Positions 30,295 to 41,400 of a stretch of DNA of 64,000 nucleotides are shown here, piece after piece. The DNA is from Candidatus Obscuribacterales bacterium (GTDB lineage Bacteria; Cyanobacteriota; Vampirovibrionia; Obscuribacterales; Obscuribacteraceae): the NCBI GenBank assembly GCA_965228855.1, contig CBDDIJ010000002.1:1536001-1600000 (forward strand). The letters are read 5' to 3'. Both the position numbers and the translations under genes were made by a program. Each line of letters starts with the position of its first letter. Position 1 is the first letter of the stretch. The notes under the pieces are model-generated. The model made no database searches. It was not told where the DNA came from and was given only the letters and a program-made list of their open reading frames with translations.

Positions 30295-32604
30295 TCAATA
30301 ATCCAGGTCTGCACCGGCTGCCGGTAGTACTTCGATTACTTGTTGATCGAGTCCTTCAATAAGACGCCACTGGTCCGGGTCCGCCCAGTACTTTCGAGCC
30401 TGTGGAAGTTCGAGGTAAGCCCTCAAATCTTTGTCCTCTAGTGCGGCTTTGATTCGTGGGTTATTTGTCGAAGGCGGGGGACCGCCTTTCCATGCCCGGA
30501 AATATTTCGCGAACTCCGGATCTTTCATGTCGCTCTTGTACTTCGAATATAGGGAGCGAGCTGCCGGCGTGGTCAGCATCGTATTTGAGCCTTTAAGCAT
30601 CTGCTCTGTTTTGGAATTTCCAGCTGCAACCTGGGCAAGATTGAAGTTGAAATTGTCTTTAAACGCGCTGTCAAATTGGATTTTGCAATCTGGCTTCTTC
30701 GCCTTGAATTCTGCAATCTCGTTGGTTTTAATTTTAGGGACGTCAATCAGCTCCAGAAGTGTAAGGTTTGGGAGAGTGGCCAGCGGCTCAAGGCTGCTGT
30801 TGGTCAGATGAATGCAGTTGTTTAAGCTAACCGACTGCAATGTCTTTATCTTGGATAGGGTTCGAACGCCCTCATCCGTAATTGCCGTATCGTCCAGCTG
30901 GATTTCTCGCAGGTTTGGAAGACTGGTAAGTGGCTCCAGTCCGGCATCTGAGATGTTTATCGCATTGGCGCTTAGCTTGTACAGTTTTTTTACTTTGCCG
31001 ATTTCCTTCATTCCCTGGTCACCAACAGTAGTATCACTTATGTTTATCTCCACGAGTCTGGGAAGCTTCGCCAAAATTCCGAAAGACTTGCCTGTGATTG
31101 CGCTGTGTTGGAGAAAAAGCCTTTTTACGTCAGCGCCGTGTCTTTTGATCAGGCGTTTCATCTGCGCGTCGTTGTATGCGCTTTCTGCAGTTAGCATGTC
31201 GCCATCTTGTTTGATGCTGTCGACTTGCGCATCGGTGGAGAGTCTTTCGCCAGGTTCAGCACGCCTGGCCGCCTGCTTCGGCTTGCCGTCCCCCGTAAGG
31301 TAGATTCCCAATGCCGCTGTGACGCTAATTGCCGCGACCGTAGCCGTAACTCCGATGGCCTTAACGCTTCCCGGCAGTTTGTGGAATGATGCGATCGCGC
31401 CATCCGTATGTGGTATCGAATCTGATGTCGTGGTTGTGGCGGTTTCTCCACTCAATTCTGCCTCCAGAAAAGCTGCTTGTAGCGCTTTGCTGACGTCGCT
31501 GGCTGACTGAAATCGGTCTTCCGGATCTTTGGCAAGGCAGCCTGCAATGACGTTGTCGAGTCTTTGCGGATAGTCGTCCGCTATAAAATTCTTGAGAATT
31601 GGGATTGGTGCATCGGCGTGCTGACGTAGAATTTCCAATGCGGTTTCACCTGAAAACGGTGGTTTGCCGGTAAGAGACTCGAACAGAACGCAACCCAAAG
31701 CGTAAACTTCCGAGCGCGAGTCGTATTCTTTGCCGCGCGCCTGGTCGGGTGACATATAGGCCGGCGTCCCCACAATCGTGGCTTGCTGCCCATCGTCGTC
31801 GGCCGCTTGATTTTCCGCGACTCCGAAATCGAATAGCTTTACTGTGGATACTTCGCCGTTTTCGACCATCAATATATTTGACGGTTTTACGTCGCGGTGG
31901 AAAACAGAGTGATTGTGACAATACTGTAGAGCCGCAGCGAGACTGGTAAAAACGGAGATTGCCGTAGACCAATGCAGGGGACCATGCGTGCGCAGAGTTT
32001 CCTCCAGTGTCATGCCCTCGTTGTAGTCCAGCACCATATATGGTGTACCAGATGAAGTTGCACCGAAATCTAAAATGCTTACGATGTTGGGATGAGCAAG
32101 AATACTCAAGACTTTTGCTTCATTATGAAAAGCAATAAGAAAGTTGGGGCGCGCGACGTGCAGTGTCTTAACAACTACTCGCTTCTGAAGTAAGCGATCC
32201 CTGCATTGATAGACGGTTCCGGCTGCACCTTTGCCGAGCAAAGTTATTGGTTTGTATCTTTCGAGTGGAAATTTGTCGGCATCAACATCGAGTTCAACTT
32301 CATTCTCTTCTTCATGAGTGAGTACTGCCGGCGCGGATGCATTTCCATCGGAGCTGGACTGAATGAATTTTGGAACATCACAGGCGCAGAGGTCGGAGCG
32401 AAAGATGTATTGAGTGAACGTACCCTTCCGTCCTTCTCGAACACGCTTGCCGCAAAGCGTGCACATGTCGACTGTTTGAGTTTGATCGATGGTTGGCTTT
32501 TCCAAACCGCACATGCAAATCGAGAGCCACTGCGTCATTCTGCCCGAACTGTCCGACTTCGTCGGCAGGTGACATCTGGGACAGAGCGGTGTATCGGCGG
32601 TCAT
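30295..32604 (-). CDS. transmembrane Ser/Thr kinase with Cys-rich N-terminus and LRR C-terminal domain (paralogue)
   Basis: LGKGAAGTVY, VVVK, HRDVKPSN, DFG, YMSPDQ; TM; LRRs. Confidence 0.93.
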   Translation of the reverse strand: MTADTPLCPRCHLPTKSDSSGRMTQWLSICMCGLEKPTIDQTQTVDMCTLCGKRVREGRKGTFTQYIFRSDLCACDVPKFIQSSSDGNASAPAVLTHEEENEVELDVDADKFPLERYKPITLLGKGAAGTVYQCRDRLLQKRVVVKTLHVARPNFLIAFHNEAKVLSILAHPNIVSILDFGATSSGTPYMVLDYNEGMTLEETLRTHGPLHWSTAISVFTSLAAALQYCHNHSVFHRDVKPSNILMVENGEVSTVKLFDFGVAENQAADDDGQQATIVGTPAYMSPDQARGKEYDSRSEVYALGCVLFESLTGKPPFSGETALEILRQHADAPIPILKNFIADDYPQRLDNVIAGCLAKDPEDRFQSASDVSKALQAAFLEAELSGETATTTTSDSIPHTDGAIASFHKLPGSVKAIGVTATVAAISVTAALGIYLTGDGKPKQAARRAEPGERLSTDAQVDSIKQDGDMLTAESAYNDAQMKRLIKRHGADVKRLFLQHSAITGKSFGILAKLPRLVEINISDTTVGDQGMKEIGKVKKLYKLSANAINISDAGLEPLTSLPNLREIQLDDTAITDEGVRTLSKIKTLQSVSLNNCIHLTNSSLEPLATLPNLTLLELIDVPKIKTNEIAEFKAKKPDCKIQFDSAFKDNFNFNLAQVAAGNSKTEQMLKGSNTMLTTPAARSLYSKYKSDMKDPEFAKYFRAWKGGPPPSTNNPRIKAALEDKDLRAYLELPQARKYWADPDQWRLIEGLDQQVIEVLPAAGADLDY

Positions 32605-32771
32605 GTTAACGGTTCGCTCAGCAGGGAGGCGTTGCAATAATATGCCTCAATTTTGCTTTATGTACTACAAGTGTATGTGTTGCAGTTATATGAAATCGAG
32701 GATACTTAATTTCAGGATCTGGCATTTGAAGGCATCTTCTTCTAATCTAATAGCAGATGCGTTAGTGGGAA

Positions 32772-35756
32772 TTGGCTGTGGCTCCGATAGTTGGTCAGGG
32801 CAAACCAAGCAAAGAAGCTTTACTTGTGGGCATGCGCAAAGCCCTCAATGTCGAGCGGCGCTCGCGCTACTCGGATTTCCACGGAAAACGTAGCACGTTT
32901 TCCCAATACATGAGACAAACCGCGGCGACTCTAGCCCGGATATATCCAATGGATTCAACCTGGGTGACAATTCGCGGGTTGTTTCGGCAATATCCGAATT
33001 CGGATCTTCCGACTCGTATCTCGATCATTCAGCGAGCCGACGAATTGCTGGAGCCGCATCTCGATATTTTTGCGGAACAATTACGCCAGCGCAAGAAAGA
33101 GTTGACCGAGTCTGAAATTAAGTCTCAGGGCGGCAGGGGAGAAACCGACATCGTTGAAGGCGCGGCAATTGTTGACGGCGATGATGCCGAATACAGTCCG
33201 GCGGGTGCCATCACAGGTGGTGACGGCGATGGCGGTTTAGAAGTCGCCAATGAGAGCGATTACGACGATCCAGTCAAGAAAGCCGTTGACCGGGCAGCTG
33301 TGAGAGCCGCGCAGAGTCGGATTGAAGAGTATGAAAGAAAGATCCGTGAGGCACGCGAGCGCGAACTGAAAGCGCAGGAGGCCCGCGAGCGAGAGGCTCA
33401 GCAGAAAGAACTTAGGGAGAAACAGGAACGCCTGGCGCGGCAAAAGGAAATTTACGAGAAAGAAGAACGCCTGGCACTGCAGAAGGAACTGCAAAACGAG
33501 GCGCGAGCGGCTCAGCAGAAGGGGCCCTACAAAGACGGAGAAGCGCAACAGGCGGAACCGCGCAGAGATGAACGAGCGGCGCAGCAGAAGGATTCTTCCG
33601 ATAAGCAGTACCGCGTGGCGGGCAACGTTTCTAAAAATCCTGAGGACGTAAGCGTGCAGTGGGTTAAGGGCGTTGGTCCGAAATTGGCTGCTGTTCTCGG
33701 CAAGTTGAACATTAAGACTGTCTCGGAATTGCTGCGCCACTATCCGCGGAGGCACCTCGATTTCCAGAATCGACTGTTGATTCGCGATCTGGAAGAAGGT
33801 CAGGAAGTTAGTATCTTCGGCATGATCCGGTCTGTTAGCGCTTATCAGGCTAAGAATCGCAATATGTCGATTTTGACTGTTGTGATTTCCGACAATACCG
33901 GCATTATAACTATCACGAGGTTTGTTGGCGGCAAGTCTAACAAATATCTGCTGGACAGATACAAGGCGCAATTTCCGAAAGGCGCTCAGGTCCTCGCTTC
34001 TGGCGTTGTTGAACGTGATCAGTACAAGGGCAATTTAACGCTTAAGAATTCCGAAGTCGAGATTCTTGGTTTGGTGTCCGATGGTGAGGAGGACCAGCAA
34101 GCCAGTCTCCATGCTGGTCGCCTCGTGCCTGTCTATCCGTTGACCGATGGTCTTTCGCTTCGCTATTTGCGAACGGTTATGAATAATGCTCTGGAGCAGT
34201 ATTCGCGCTACATCGTCGATCCCCTGCCGGAGGCATTCCGCGAAGAATACAATCTCTTGGAGCTTACCGAAGCTCTTCGCGGAATTCACTTTCCTGATAC
34301 TCCCGAGATTAAGGATGCTGCGCGCCGCAGGCTGGTGTTCGATGAGCTGTTTACCATTCAATTGCAGCTTGCGCATCGGCGATATCAGTTTGATCAAGAG
34401 AATCAAAACGCGCTCGCGCTGACTTTTGCCGAAGACGGTCTCGTGACGAAGATGATTGAAACGTTGCCGTTTAAACTCACCGGGGCGCAAAATAGAGTGT
34501 TCGCTGAGATTGCGCGCGACCTCACGTCTTCTAAGCCGATGCACCGGCTCGTTCAAGGCGATGTCGGATCTGGTAAAACGGTTGTCGCCCTTCTGTCCTG
34601 TCTCATGGCGATCGACAATGGCTTCCAGGCAGCAATGATGGCGCCAACCGAAATTCTTGCGGAGCAGCATTTCCGTCAGTTCCAGCGTTTGCTGACGCCA
34701 CTCGGATTGAAGTGTGCTCTGGTGCTCGGTAAGCAGGGAGTGAAGGAACGTCGGGCTGTGCGCCAGGAGATTCTTGCCGGTCAAGCGCACATCGCCGTCG
34801 GCACTCATGCGCTTCTCGAAGATGACGTCGAGTTTCGAAACCTTGGCTTAATTGTGATTGACGAACAACATCGCTTTGGTGTGAAACAGCGCGCGCGTTT
34901 GAAAGCGAAAAGTTTGAACCCTGAACTGCTCACCATGACTGCGACTCCGATTCCACGAACGCTCGCCATGACCATGCACGGCGACCTCGATGTTTCCGAA
35001 ATCGATGAACTTCCGCCAGGGCGAAAACCAATCGAGACCAAAGCCTGCACACCTGCTCAGCGCGGTAAGGTCTGGGATTTCATTGTGAAGGAAATCGAGA
35101 AAGGCCGGCAAGCGTATGTGGTTTTCCCGCTGATTGATGAGTCGGAGAGCCTCTCTGCGAAGGCGGCGACAAAAGAATTCGAGAAGCTCAAGAGCGAATT
35201 TCCGAATCTCCGCTTTGGTTTGATGCATGGAAAACTGAAGGCGGACCAGAAAGACGAAGAGATGGACAAATTCCGCAAGCATGAGTATGACGTGCTGGTT
35301 TCGACCACCGTTATTGAAGTCGGTGTGGATGTTCCGAACTCCTCTGTGATGATGATTGAAAATGCCGACCGTTTTGGTTTAGCTCAGCTGCACCAGCTGC
35401 GGGGGCGCGTCGGTCGTGGTGCCGAGCAATCATATTGCTTCCTGGTCTCGGAGATGAAGAGTCAGACCACGCGAGAACGGCTGGAAATCATGACTTTGAC
35501 AAACGATGGATTCGTTGTGGCAGAAAAGGATTTGGAACTGCGAGGACCGGGAGAATTTCTCGGTTACAGGCAGAGTGGTCTTCCCGACCTGATCCTTGCT
35601 GACCTCGTGAAGGATGCGAGCATTTTAGAGGAGGCGCGCAACGTCGCTATTGCGGTTGTGCGGAACGACCCGGAACTCTCCAAGAATCCGGAGCTTCGCA
35701 AGCTTCTAGAACGCAAGGCGTCCTCGCATGAGGCTGAGATTATGCGCTCTGGCTAA
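32772..35756 (+). CDS. recG: ATP-dependent DNA helicase RecG with long N-terminal extension
   Basis: VKGVGPK, QGDVGSGKT, MAPTEILAEQH, DEQHRFG, MTATPIPRTL, QLHQLRGRVGRG, DGF..AE.DL.LRGPGE. Confidence 0.97.
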   Translation: MAVAPIVGQGKPSKEALLVGMRKALNVERRSRYSDFHGKRSTFSQYMRQTAATLARIYPMDSTWVTIRGLFRQYPNSDLPTRISIIQRADELLEPHLDIFAEQLRQRKKELTESEIKSQGGRGETDIVEGAAIVDGDDAEYSPAGAITGGDGDGGLEVANESDYDDPVKKAVDRAAVRAAQSRIEEYERKIREARERELKAQEAREREAQQKELREKQERLARQKEIYEKEERLALQKELQNEARAAQQKGPYKDGEAQQAEPRRDERAAQQKDSSDKQYRVAGNVSKNPEDVSVQWVKGVGPKLAAVLGKLNIKTVSELLRHYPRRHLDFQNRLLIRDLEEGQEVSIFGMIRSVSAYQAKNRNMSILTVVISDNTGIITITRFVGGKSNKYLLDRYKAQFPKGAQVLASGVVERDQYKGNLTLKNSEVEILGLVSDGEEDQQASLHAGRLVPVYPLTDGLSLRYLRTVMNNALEQYSRYIVDPLPEAFREEYNLLELTEALRGIHFPDTPEIKDAARRRLVFDELFTIQLQLAHRRYQFDQENQNALALTFAEDGLVTKMIETLPFKLTGAQNRVFAEIARDLTSSKPMHRLVQGDVGSGKTVVALLSCLMAIDNGFQAAMMAPTEILAEQHFRQFQRLLTPLGLKCALVLGKQGVKERRAVRQEILAGQAHIAVGTHALLEDDVEFRNLGLIVIDEQHRFGVKQRARLKAKSLNPELLTMTATPIPRTLAMTMHGDLDVSEIDELPPGRKPIETKACTPAQRGKVWDFIVKEIEKGRQAYVVFPLIDESESLSAKAATKEFEKLKSEFPNLRFGLMHGKLKADQKDEEMDKFRKHEYDVLVSTTVIEVGVDVPNSSVMMIENADRFGLAQLHQLRGRVGRGAEQSYCFLVSEMKSQTTRERLEIMTLTNDGFVVAEKDLELRGPGEFLGYRQSGLPDLILADLVKDASILEEARNVAIAVVRNDPELSKNPELRKLLERKASSHEAEIMRSG

Positions 35757-35830
35757 TGGGCGTGGATAAGTAGGTCGGGTTGGATTGGTCTGGCTAGTGG
35801 GCTTGATTAGTAGGTCTGGTTTACTGGGTC
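35748..35830 (+). repeat. imperfect tandem duplication of about 41 bp including the recG stop codon
   Basis: TCTGGCTAATGGGCGTGGATAAGTAGGTCGGGTT... versus TCTGGCTAGTGGGCTTGATTAGTAGGTCTGGTTT... Confidence 0.7.
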
Positions 35831-36077
35831 CGTTTGCAGTCGTGGCTGAAAGTGAGCAGTCTTGCTATGTTCTTTCGCTGAGAGTGGTCAGTCTGTCGTT
35901 CTCGCCTTAGGTACCTGAAAGTTCTGAGGGGCATATTTTGTTACGGATTATTCCAGCTGGTGCTACTCCGGAGGGAGATCTAGCTGAGCAGCGGGATAGT
36001 TCGAATGGTAAATCTCAGCGTTCATTTAGTAGGGAGTGGGTACATGATCGTAGTCACTTGTGCGAGTATTTTATTCG

Positions 36078-37532
36078 ATGAAAAACAAAGTGCTTCTTCT
36101 TGCCGCACTTCTGTCGTTATCCGTAAGTTTTGAAACCTGCGCCTTTGCCTTCGATGCGCCTCAGCTTTCCATTAAGAGCAGCGATGTTGTTTCGCAGCTG
36201 GAAGCGCATATGGCGCCGTTGTTGAAGCAATATTTTCCGAGAGCGGTTGTGAAGAAAACATCCGAGTCGTACAACGTCGAGTTTAAGGCTGCGAAATTTG
36301 CCACCATTGACGGTGGTATGCTTTTGACACCAAAAACTGATGGTATCGTATTTGATGTCGCTGTAAAACCAGGAAAGTACAAGGGCAAGCAGATGCTGCC
36401 CTTAACTACGAACGAAACTCTGTACTATTCAATCTTGTGGGTGGTTTCATCGCCGGCGGAAAACAATCATGTGGTTGTTAGACTTTTTTGTCCACCCGAC
36501 ATCAACATTTCAATTTCCGATGATCTGCGTGATGCTGTTCAGTCTTTCATAGGTCAGTTGGAAACGAGTGCTGTGCCGAAAGCGGCTTCTGAGGCTAAAG
36601 CGGCGACTGCGGAAAAATCAGAGATTGCGCTGGCATCGGATTCTGCGAAAACGGCGACTGCGGAGAAATCAGAGATTGCGCTGGCATCGGATTCCACGAA
36701 ATCGGCGACTGCGGAAAAATCGGAGATCGCACCGTCGGAGTTAATGAAGACTGCGAAATCACTAGGCACTGCTTCGGATCTCAAAACCTCTGAAAATAAG
36801 ATATCTGACACGAAGATTTCAAATGATACCTCTGCTGGTGGCGCAGCTTCGCCGAGTGTTACTGCGGTAAGCGGTGGAACTGCAAACTCGGGCAGTTCCG
36901 ATGCCTCGGATAACTCCGCTAGCTCTGCGGGTGCAGTAACAAGTGTTGCTACAACTGCGTCAGCAAGTTCCGGCAAAGATGAGCCAGCGACTGAACTCGA
37001 CCTGAGTGCCTTGAAGGACGTAATTTCCAGTGTTTCCATTCCAAAGTTTTCAGCTGGGACGACGCCGTCCGCTAACGACAACGCTTTCGCGCCAGCTCCG
37101 AAAACGGCGCCAGCAGCCCCGGTCAAGGCTGCAGTAACTCCTCCGAAGGCGCCGCCAAAACCTTCGGCTGCCTACTTCAAAACGTGGTTCACTAAGTTCT
37201 ACAAGACGACGGATTCCGCGAATTACGTACAGGATGTGCTTCCGTTTTTCTCCAATGATTTTCATCAGAGCAAGTTGCGAGGCGTGGAGCGGCTAAACGC
37301 TGCTGCCAACAACATGGTCTACAAGCAATTCAAGAAGCAGGTGCACATCTGGAACTGGTCTATCGAAAAAGCGCAGCCGGGTCCGCTCGGCTGCTGGGAT
37401 GTGATAGTTAATGGTCGAACTTTCTCCGGGCATCCGGCGTATTTGATCTATCGCATGGTCGCCGAGGGCGGCACCTGGCGCATCGATAATGCTCGCGGGC
37501 GTTTCTGGACGAGTGGGTCGCGCGAGTTGTAG
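36078..37532 (+). CDS. secreted two-domain hypothetical protein with Ser/Ala-rich linker (paralogue of 29287..30282)
   Basis: Signal peptide, same N- and C-terminal domains, expanded linker. Confidence 0.85.
   Translation: MKNKVLLLAALLSLSVSFETCAFAFDAPQLSIKSSDVVSQLEAHMAPLLKQYFPRAVVKKTSESYNVEFKAAKFATIDGGMLLTPKTDGIVFDVAVKPGKYKGKQMLPLTTNETLYYSILWVVSSPAENNHVVVRLFCPPDINISISDDLRDAVQSFIGQLETSAVPKAASEAKAATAEKSEIALASDSAKTATAEKSEIALASDSTKSATAEKSEIAPSELMKTAKSLGTASDLKTSENKISDTKISNDTSAGGAASPSVTAVSGGTANSGSSDASDNSASSAGAVTSVATTASASSGKDEPATELDLSALKDVISSVSIPKFSAGTTPSANDNAFAPAPKTAPAAPVKAAVTPPKAPPKPSAAYFKTWFTKFYKTTDSANYVQDVLPFFSNDFHQSKLRGVERLNAAANNMVYKQFKKQVHIWNWSIEKAQPGPLGCWDVIVNGRTFSGHPAYLIYRMVAEGGTWRIDNARGRFWTSGSREL
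36600..36738 (+). repeat. coding tandem repeat, 51 bp x about 2.7 (ATAEKSEIALASDSAKT)
   Basis: Near-identical DNA copies visible. Confidence 0.9.
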
Positions 37533-37772
37533 TGGGATCTACGCGAGCAACTTTAGGTAGCTGAATGGATTTTTGCGAAACTTTTGAGCCGATAAGCCAC
37601 TGTTCAATACAACAGTGGAATTCGTCCGAAAAGAGATAGAATGATTTCAATTAGATCCAACAATCAGCCAAGCCGATTCGTGGAGGGAAGAAACTCCCAA
37701 AAGCAGGAGTGTGAACCGGCGAAGGCTCAGGAGCCGGTTGTTTCATATATCGTGAATCTGATGGAAATTCGA

Positions 37773-38429
37773 ATGAAGATCGTAACGGTATTACTCACAG
37801 CAGTGTGCGCATTTTATTTCGGATTTGCTGGTCCTTCCGAGGCGAAACAGGTAACAGCTTCGTCTCCTCCCTCCGATATCCGCAAAGTAATTGATTATGT
37901 AGATAGTTTCCCTTCTCCGAATGCAGAGCAGCTTGTAATGAAAGCCAAAGCTTTCTACTGGCTAAAGGATTATGCGGCAGCGATCACAGCAATTTCCAAG
38001 TCCATTGAGCTGAAACCCATTCCAAAGTCGTATCTGTTTCGTGCTTCGTATTCTAGGCACCTGGGAAGGTTCGAGGACGGGCTCCGTGACTGCAATAAAG
38101 CGGAACAGCTTGGCTATCGAGGTAGTGACCTATATGAGCTTCGAGGACTAATCCATTTGAGTTTAGGAAATTCTCTACCTGCATTGAAGGATGGAGAGAG
38201 GGCCGTGCAAGTAAGTGAATCAAGCGCCAGTGGTTTTTTCGTCAAAGGAGCCGCAGAATGTCAACTGGGCAAGTTGGAAGAAAGCGTTTCTTCACTGTCT
38301 AAGTCGATTCAAATCTCTTCTCGCGACCCCTCTGTGTTTGAACTCAGGGGCGGGGTTTACCGAAAACTGGGTCGTGAAGAGGAGGCTAGAGCGGATATTC
38401 AGAAAGCTAAAGACATGAAACGTCAGTGA
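37773..38429 (+). CDS. secreted TPR protein
   Basis: Signal peptide plus about 5 TPR motifs; start uncertain (37641-37773). Confidence 0.85.
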   Translation: MKIVTVLLTAVCAFYFGFAGPSEAKQVTASSPPSDIRKVIDYVDSFPSPNAEQLVMKAKAFYWLKDYAAAITAISKSIELKPIPKSYLFRASYSRHLGRFEDGLRDCNKAEQLGYRGSDLYELRGLIHLSLGNSLPALKDGERAVQVSESSASGFFVKGAAECQLGKLEESVSSLSKSIQISSRDPSVFELRGGVYRKLGREEEARADIQKAKDMKRQ

Positions 38430-38460
38430 TTTCGTTAGAGGGCGTGGGAATGTCCATAGT

Positions 38461-41400
38461 ATGAGTAAGACCAATCCAGAAAGCGGTGATGGCAAACGCT
38501 CCGGGACCGGAGCGACTCCTGCGGCTAGTGATCTCATGGAATTGTCGAAAATGACTGTCAGAGATCACGTCCAAGAGGCAATAGGGGCGAAAGATGTAAT
38601 TTCTTTTCCGGATGTTCCGGATGCGAAATCCCGGAAGTTGCTTACGGGCGAGAAGGCGAATGAGGCGATTGATCGAAGTCTTGCGAATCCCTCTGAGACC
38701 AACGCTACGAAGATTGAGCGTGGAGTTGAACATAAAAGTGACCTACCCAGCGTCGTCGGTTCTAGAAACGAGCCATTAAGCCCTGCGCTCTCCGCGTTTC
38801 AGAAGGAACCCTTGGGAGATCAGGGAGGCTCAAGAGTTTCTGATAAGCCAGAAGGTGTCAATGCCACTCCAACAGCAGCTCAAGAAGGCTTACGACAAGG
38901 CATACAAACTTCGAATTCGGCAGGCTCAGCGGTGCTTCCGTCCGGTAATTTGAAGAACCAAGAACAAACAATTGAATCTTCAGATGTTGCAAAGGCACCG
39001 GCGAATCGATTAACTGGCAACACTAGCGGCGAGCCGCTGCAACCTGTGGCTAACGGTGGTTCATTATTTTCTGGCTCGTCGGGGCCGTCGTTAGAGGGAG
39101 TCTTAGAGGATGGCGGGACTACTCCCGGAGCTATGAGATCCCGCACCAGTTCCGAAACTGGTGAAAGACCACAAGCTGAGGTCGGTCGAAACGGTGCTGC
39201 TCACGACATTCGCGAACCCTCTAAAATTGGTGCTCAGTCGGGCGAGCGGCGCGACCAGGTTTCTGATCGGATTTCCGAAACCGCGACCAAGCCTAAGTCC
39301 GCAGCAGATGCGAGCGCTCAGCTAGAAGGTTCAGGTGGACCTAGTGTGGTCCCTAAGATCGACTCGCCTTCGCTAAAGCCAGACGTTCATGCCCCGCTCA
39401 CCCCAGAAAACAATAAAGCTCCCCAACCGAGCAACCCGCAAGGAAAGGCGGATACGCCGCAGGTTCCGGCTGGCAAGATTCCGCAGACAATTACGCCTGG
39501 AAGAGATGAAGGAACGCAGAGCGACGGTGTGAAACAACCGGGGCGCGTTCATCTGTCGACGGCTGCCGATGCCGTGCCACCGGCGATAGTAATTGATGGA
39601 AAGCGAAACGAGGTTCAAAGTCCGGCGGTTAAGCCTGGTGTTACCGGTGGTGCCAAAGCCGAGATCCCTACATCAAAGGTCCAAACAGGTGCGACCAAGC
39701 CGAACGCTCCAGGAAACAAGGGGGATGCGGGCAATCCGCCTGGTAAGCCAACAGGTGACGCCCGAACTATTAGAGGTCAGACACCAAGCAGCACGGGCAA
39801 CTCTGAATTTGATCCACGACAAGGTAAACCGCGTGCTGTAAAGCAGACCGATGGGCGAGAACCAGGAACTGAGAAGCCACCGAAATCTCCTTCTTCGATC
39901 GAACCGCCAGCGAAGGTTCCCGGTGCCCGAACCAACGCGACCGACATCGGACAAACTCTTATCGCTAGCGGCAAGACCGATAGCAAGCAGCCCGCAGCGG
40001 AGTCTTCTGTTAAGACAGTTTCTGGTATCAAAAGTGGTGGCGGGCAGTCCGACGCTTCAACACCAGTAGGTCAGAAATCACGCGGTGACGAAGGCAAGCG
40101 CGGTTTGATCGACGGTCAGAAGGCACAGGTTAATGATGGTGGCAGTCGTGGTGTCATCAATGGACAGAAGCCGCATGGCATTGAAGGCGGCGGGCGTGTT
40201 TCGAGTGATGGTCCGAAATCACAGGCAACTGATGGCGGCAAACGCGGCTTAGTAAATGCAGAGCATCAACCCGCTGGCAAGTTTGGACCGCTGGATGCCG
40301 CTCCGGCTGGCATACGGCGCGGTCTTGCAGGCACCAAGCCTGCGAATTCTCCGACGGAAGTCAATGCTGAAAAAGGTTTCGTCAGTAACGGGTTGCGAGG
40401 GACCTCTGAGGCTGGTGTCGGCGGAAAGCGCGGCTCAACTGGTTTTGGACTTGGTGGCGCTAAGCGAGCCGACGGTGGTATCAATCAGGAAGTAAAACAG
40501 GGCTCGCCTCGAATCGGCGATGCATCGTCCGGTCGGCGTCCTCAAATGGAAGGTGCGCGTATTGATGTGGGTAGTGTGCGTGCGGAGGGGCAGACCGGAA
40601 GAGCGGCGAGAGCAGAAGCTGTTTCCGGGCACTCTAATTCCGGTCGCGCGCATGGCGTAGACTCGCCCAGGACTGAGGCAAAGATTGACCCGGGCAAAGT
40701 GGGTAGCGCACTAGGCGAAATCATCAAAACAAATGTGACTGGTGTCAAATATGGTGCAAATGAGGGTGCCAAAGCTGGCACCGGTGAAGGACTGAAAGGC
40801 GGCGCAGCCAGCAGTAAAGGAAGTGGCGCGCGGGAGACCGTTAACAGCGGCAAGAGCGAGTCCGCTGAGGGTGGCAAAGCTCCATCACCGAAAGGCGACA
40901 AAGCCCAGTCGCCGAGGGGCGACAAAGCCCAATCGCCGAAGGGCGACAAAGCCCAATCGCCGACGGGCGATAAAGCCCAATCACCGAAGAGCGATCCAGC
41001 GGATTTCGTGAAGAATCCCGCGGCTGAGTCCGTCAGGCCCGGTTTGATAAATGCTGGGAAACAGGGGCAGCGAGTTCCTCCTGAGAGAACCGTCGTCGGT
41101 GGTGTTGTCGATGCGTCAACACCGAAGACTCCTGGTGAGGGCCCGACTAGAAGAGTTTCCGCTGATGGCACCACCAAGAAGGGACCTGCTGAGGTTCCGA
41201 GCAAGAAGGGACCATTTGAACTGGCTCCCGGAAGTTTGGAGCCTAAACCGAATTTGACTGTGCGGCCCAAACCGCCAGCAGCGCTTCCGCAGGCGGAGAA
41301 TCCGCATGGTATCGTCCGTGGTGACAAGTTTACTGCCAAGCCGTTGTCTCCAACAAAGCAACCGCTTGAGCCAGGTAAACCTCTTGCAACGAAAGGCGAA

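Noticed and set aside
26758..37532. Paralogous gene pairs as diversity-generating retroelement TR/VR
   Set aside because: No reverse transcriptase; the paralogues are diverged throughout rather than near-identical with adenine-specific changes
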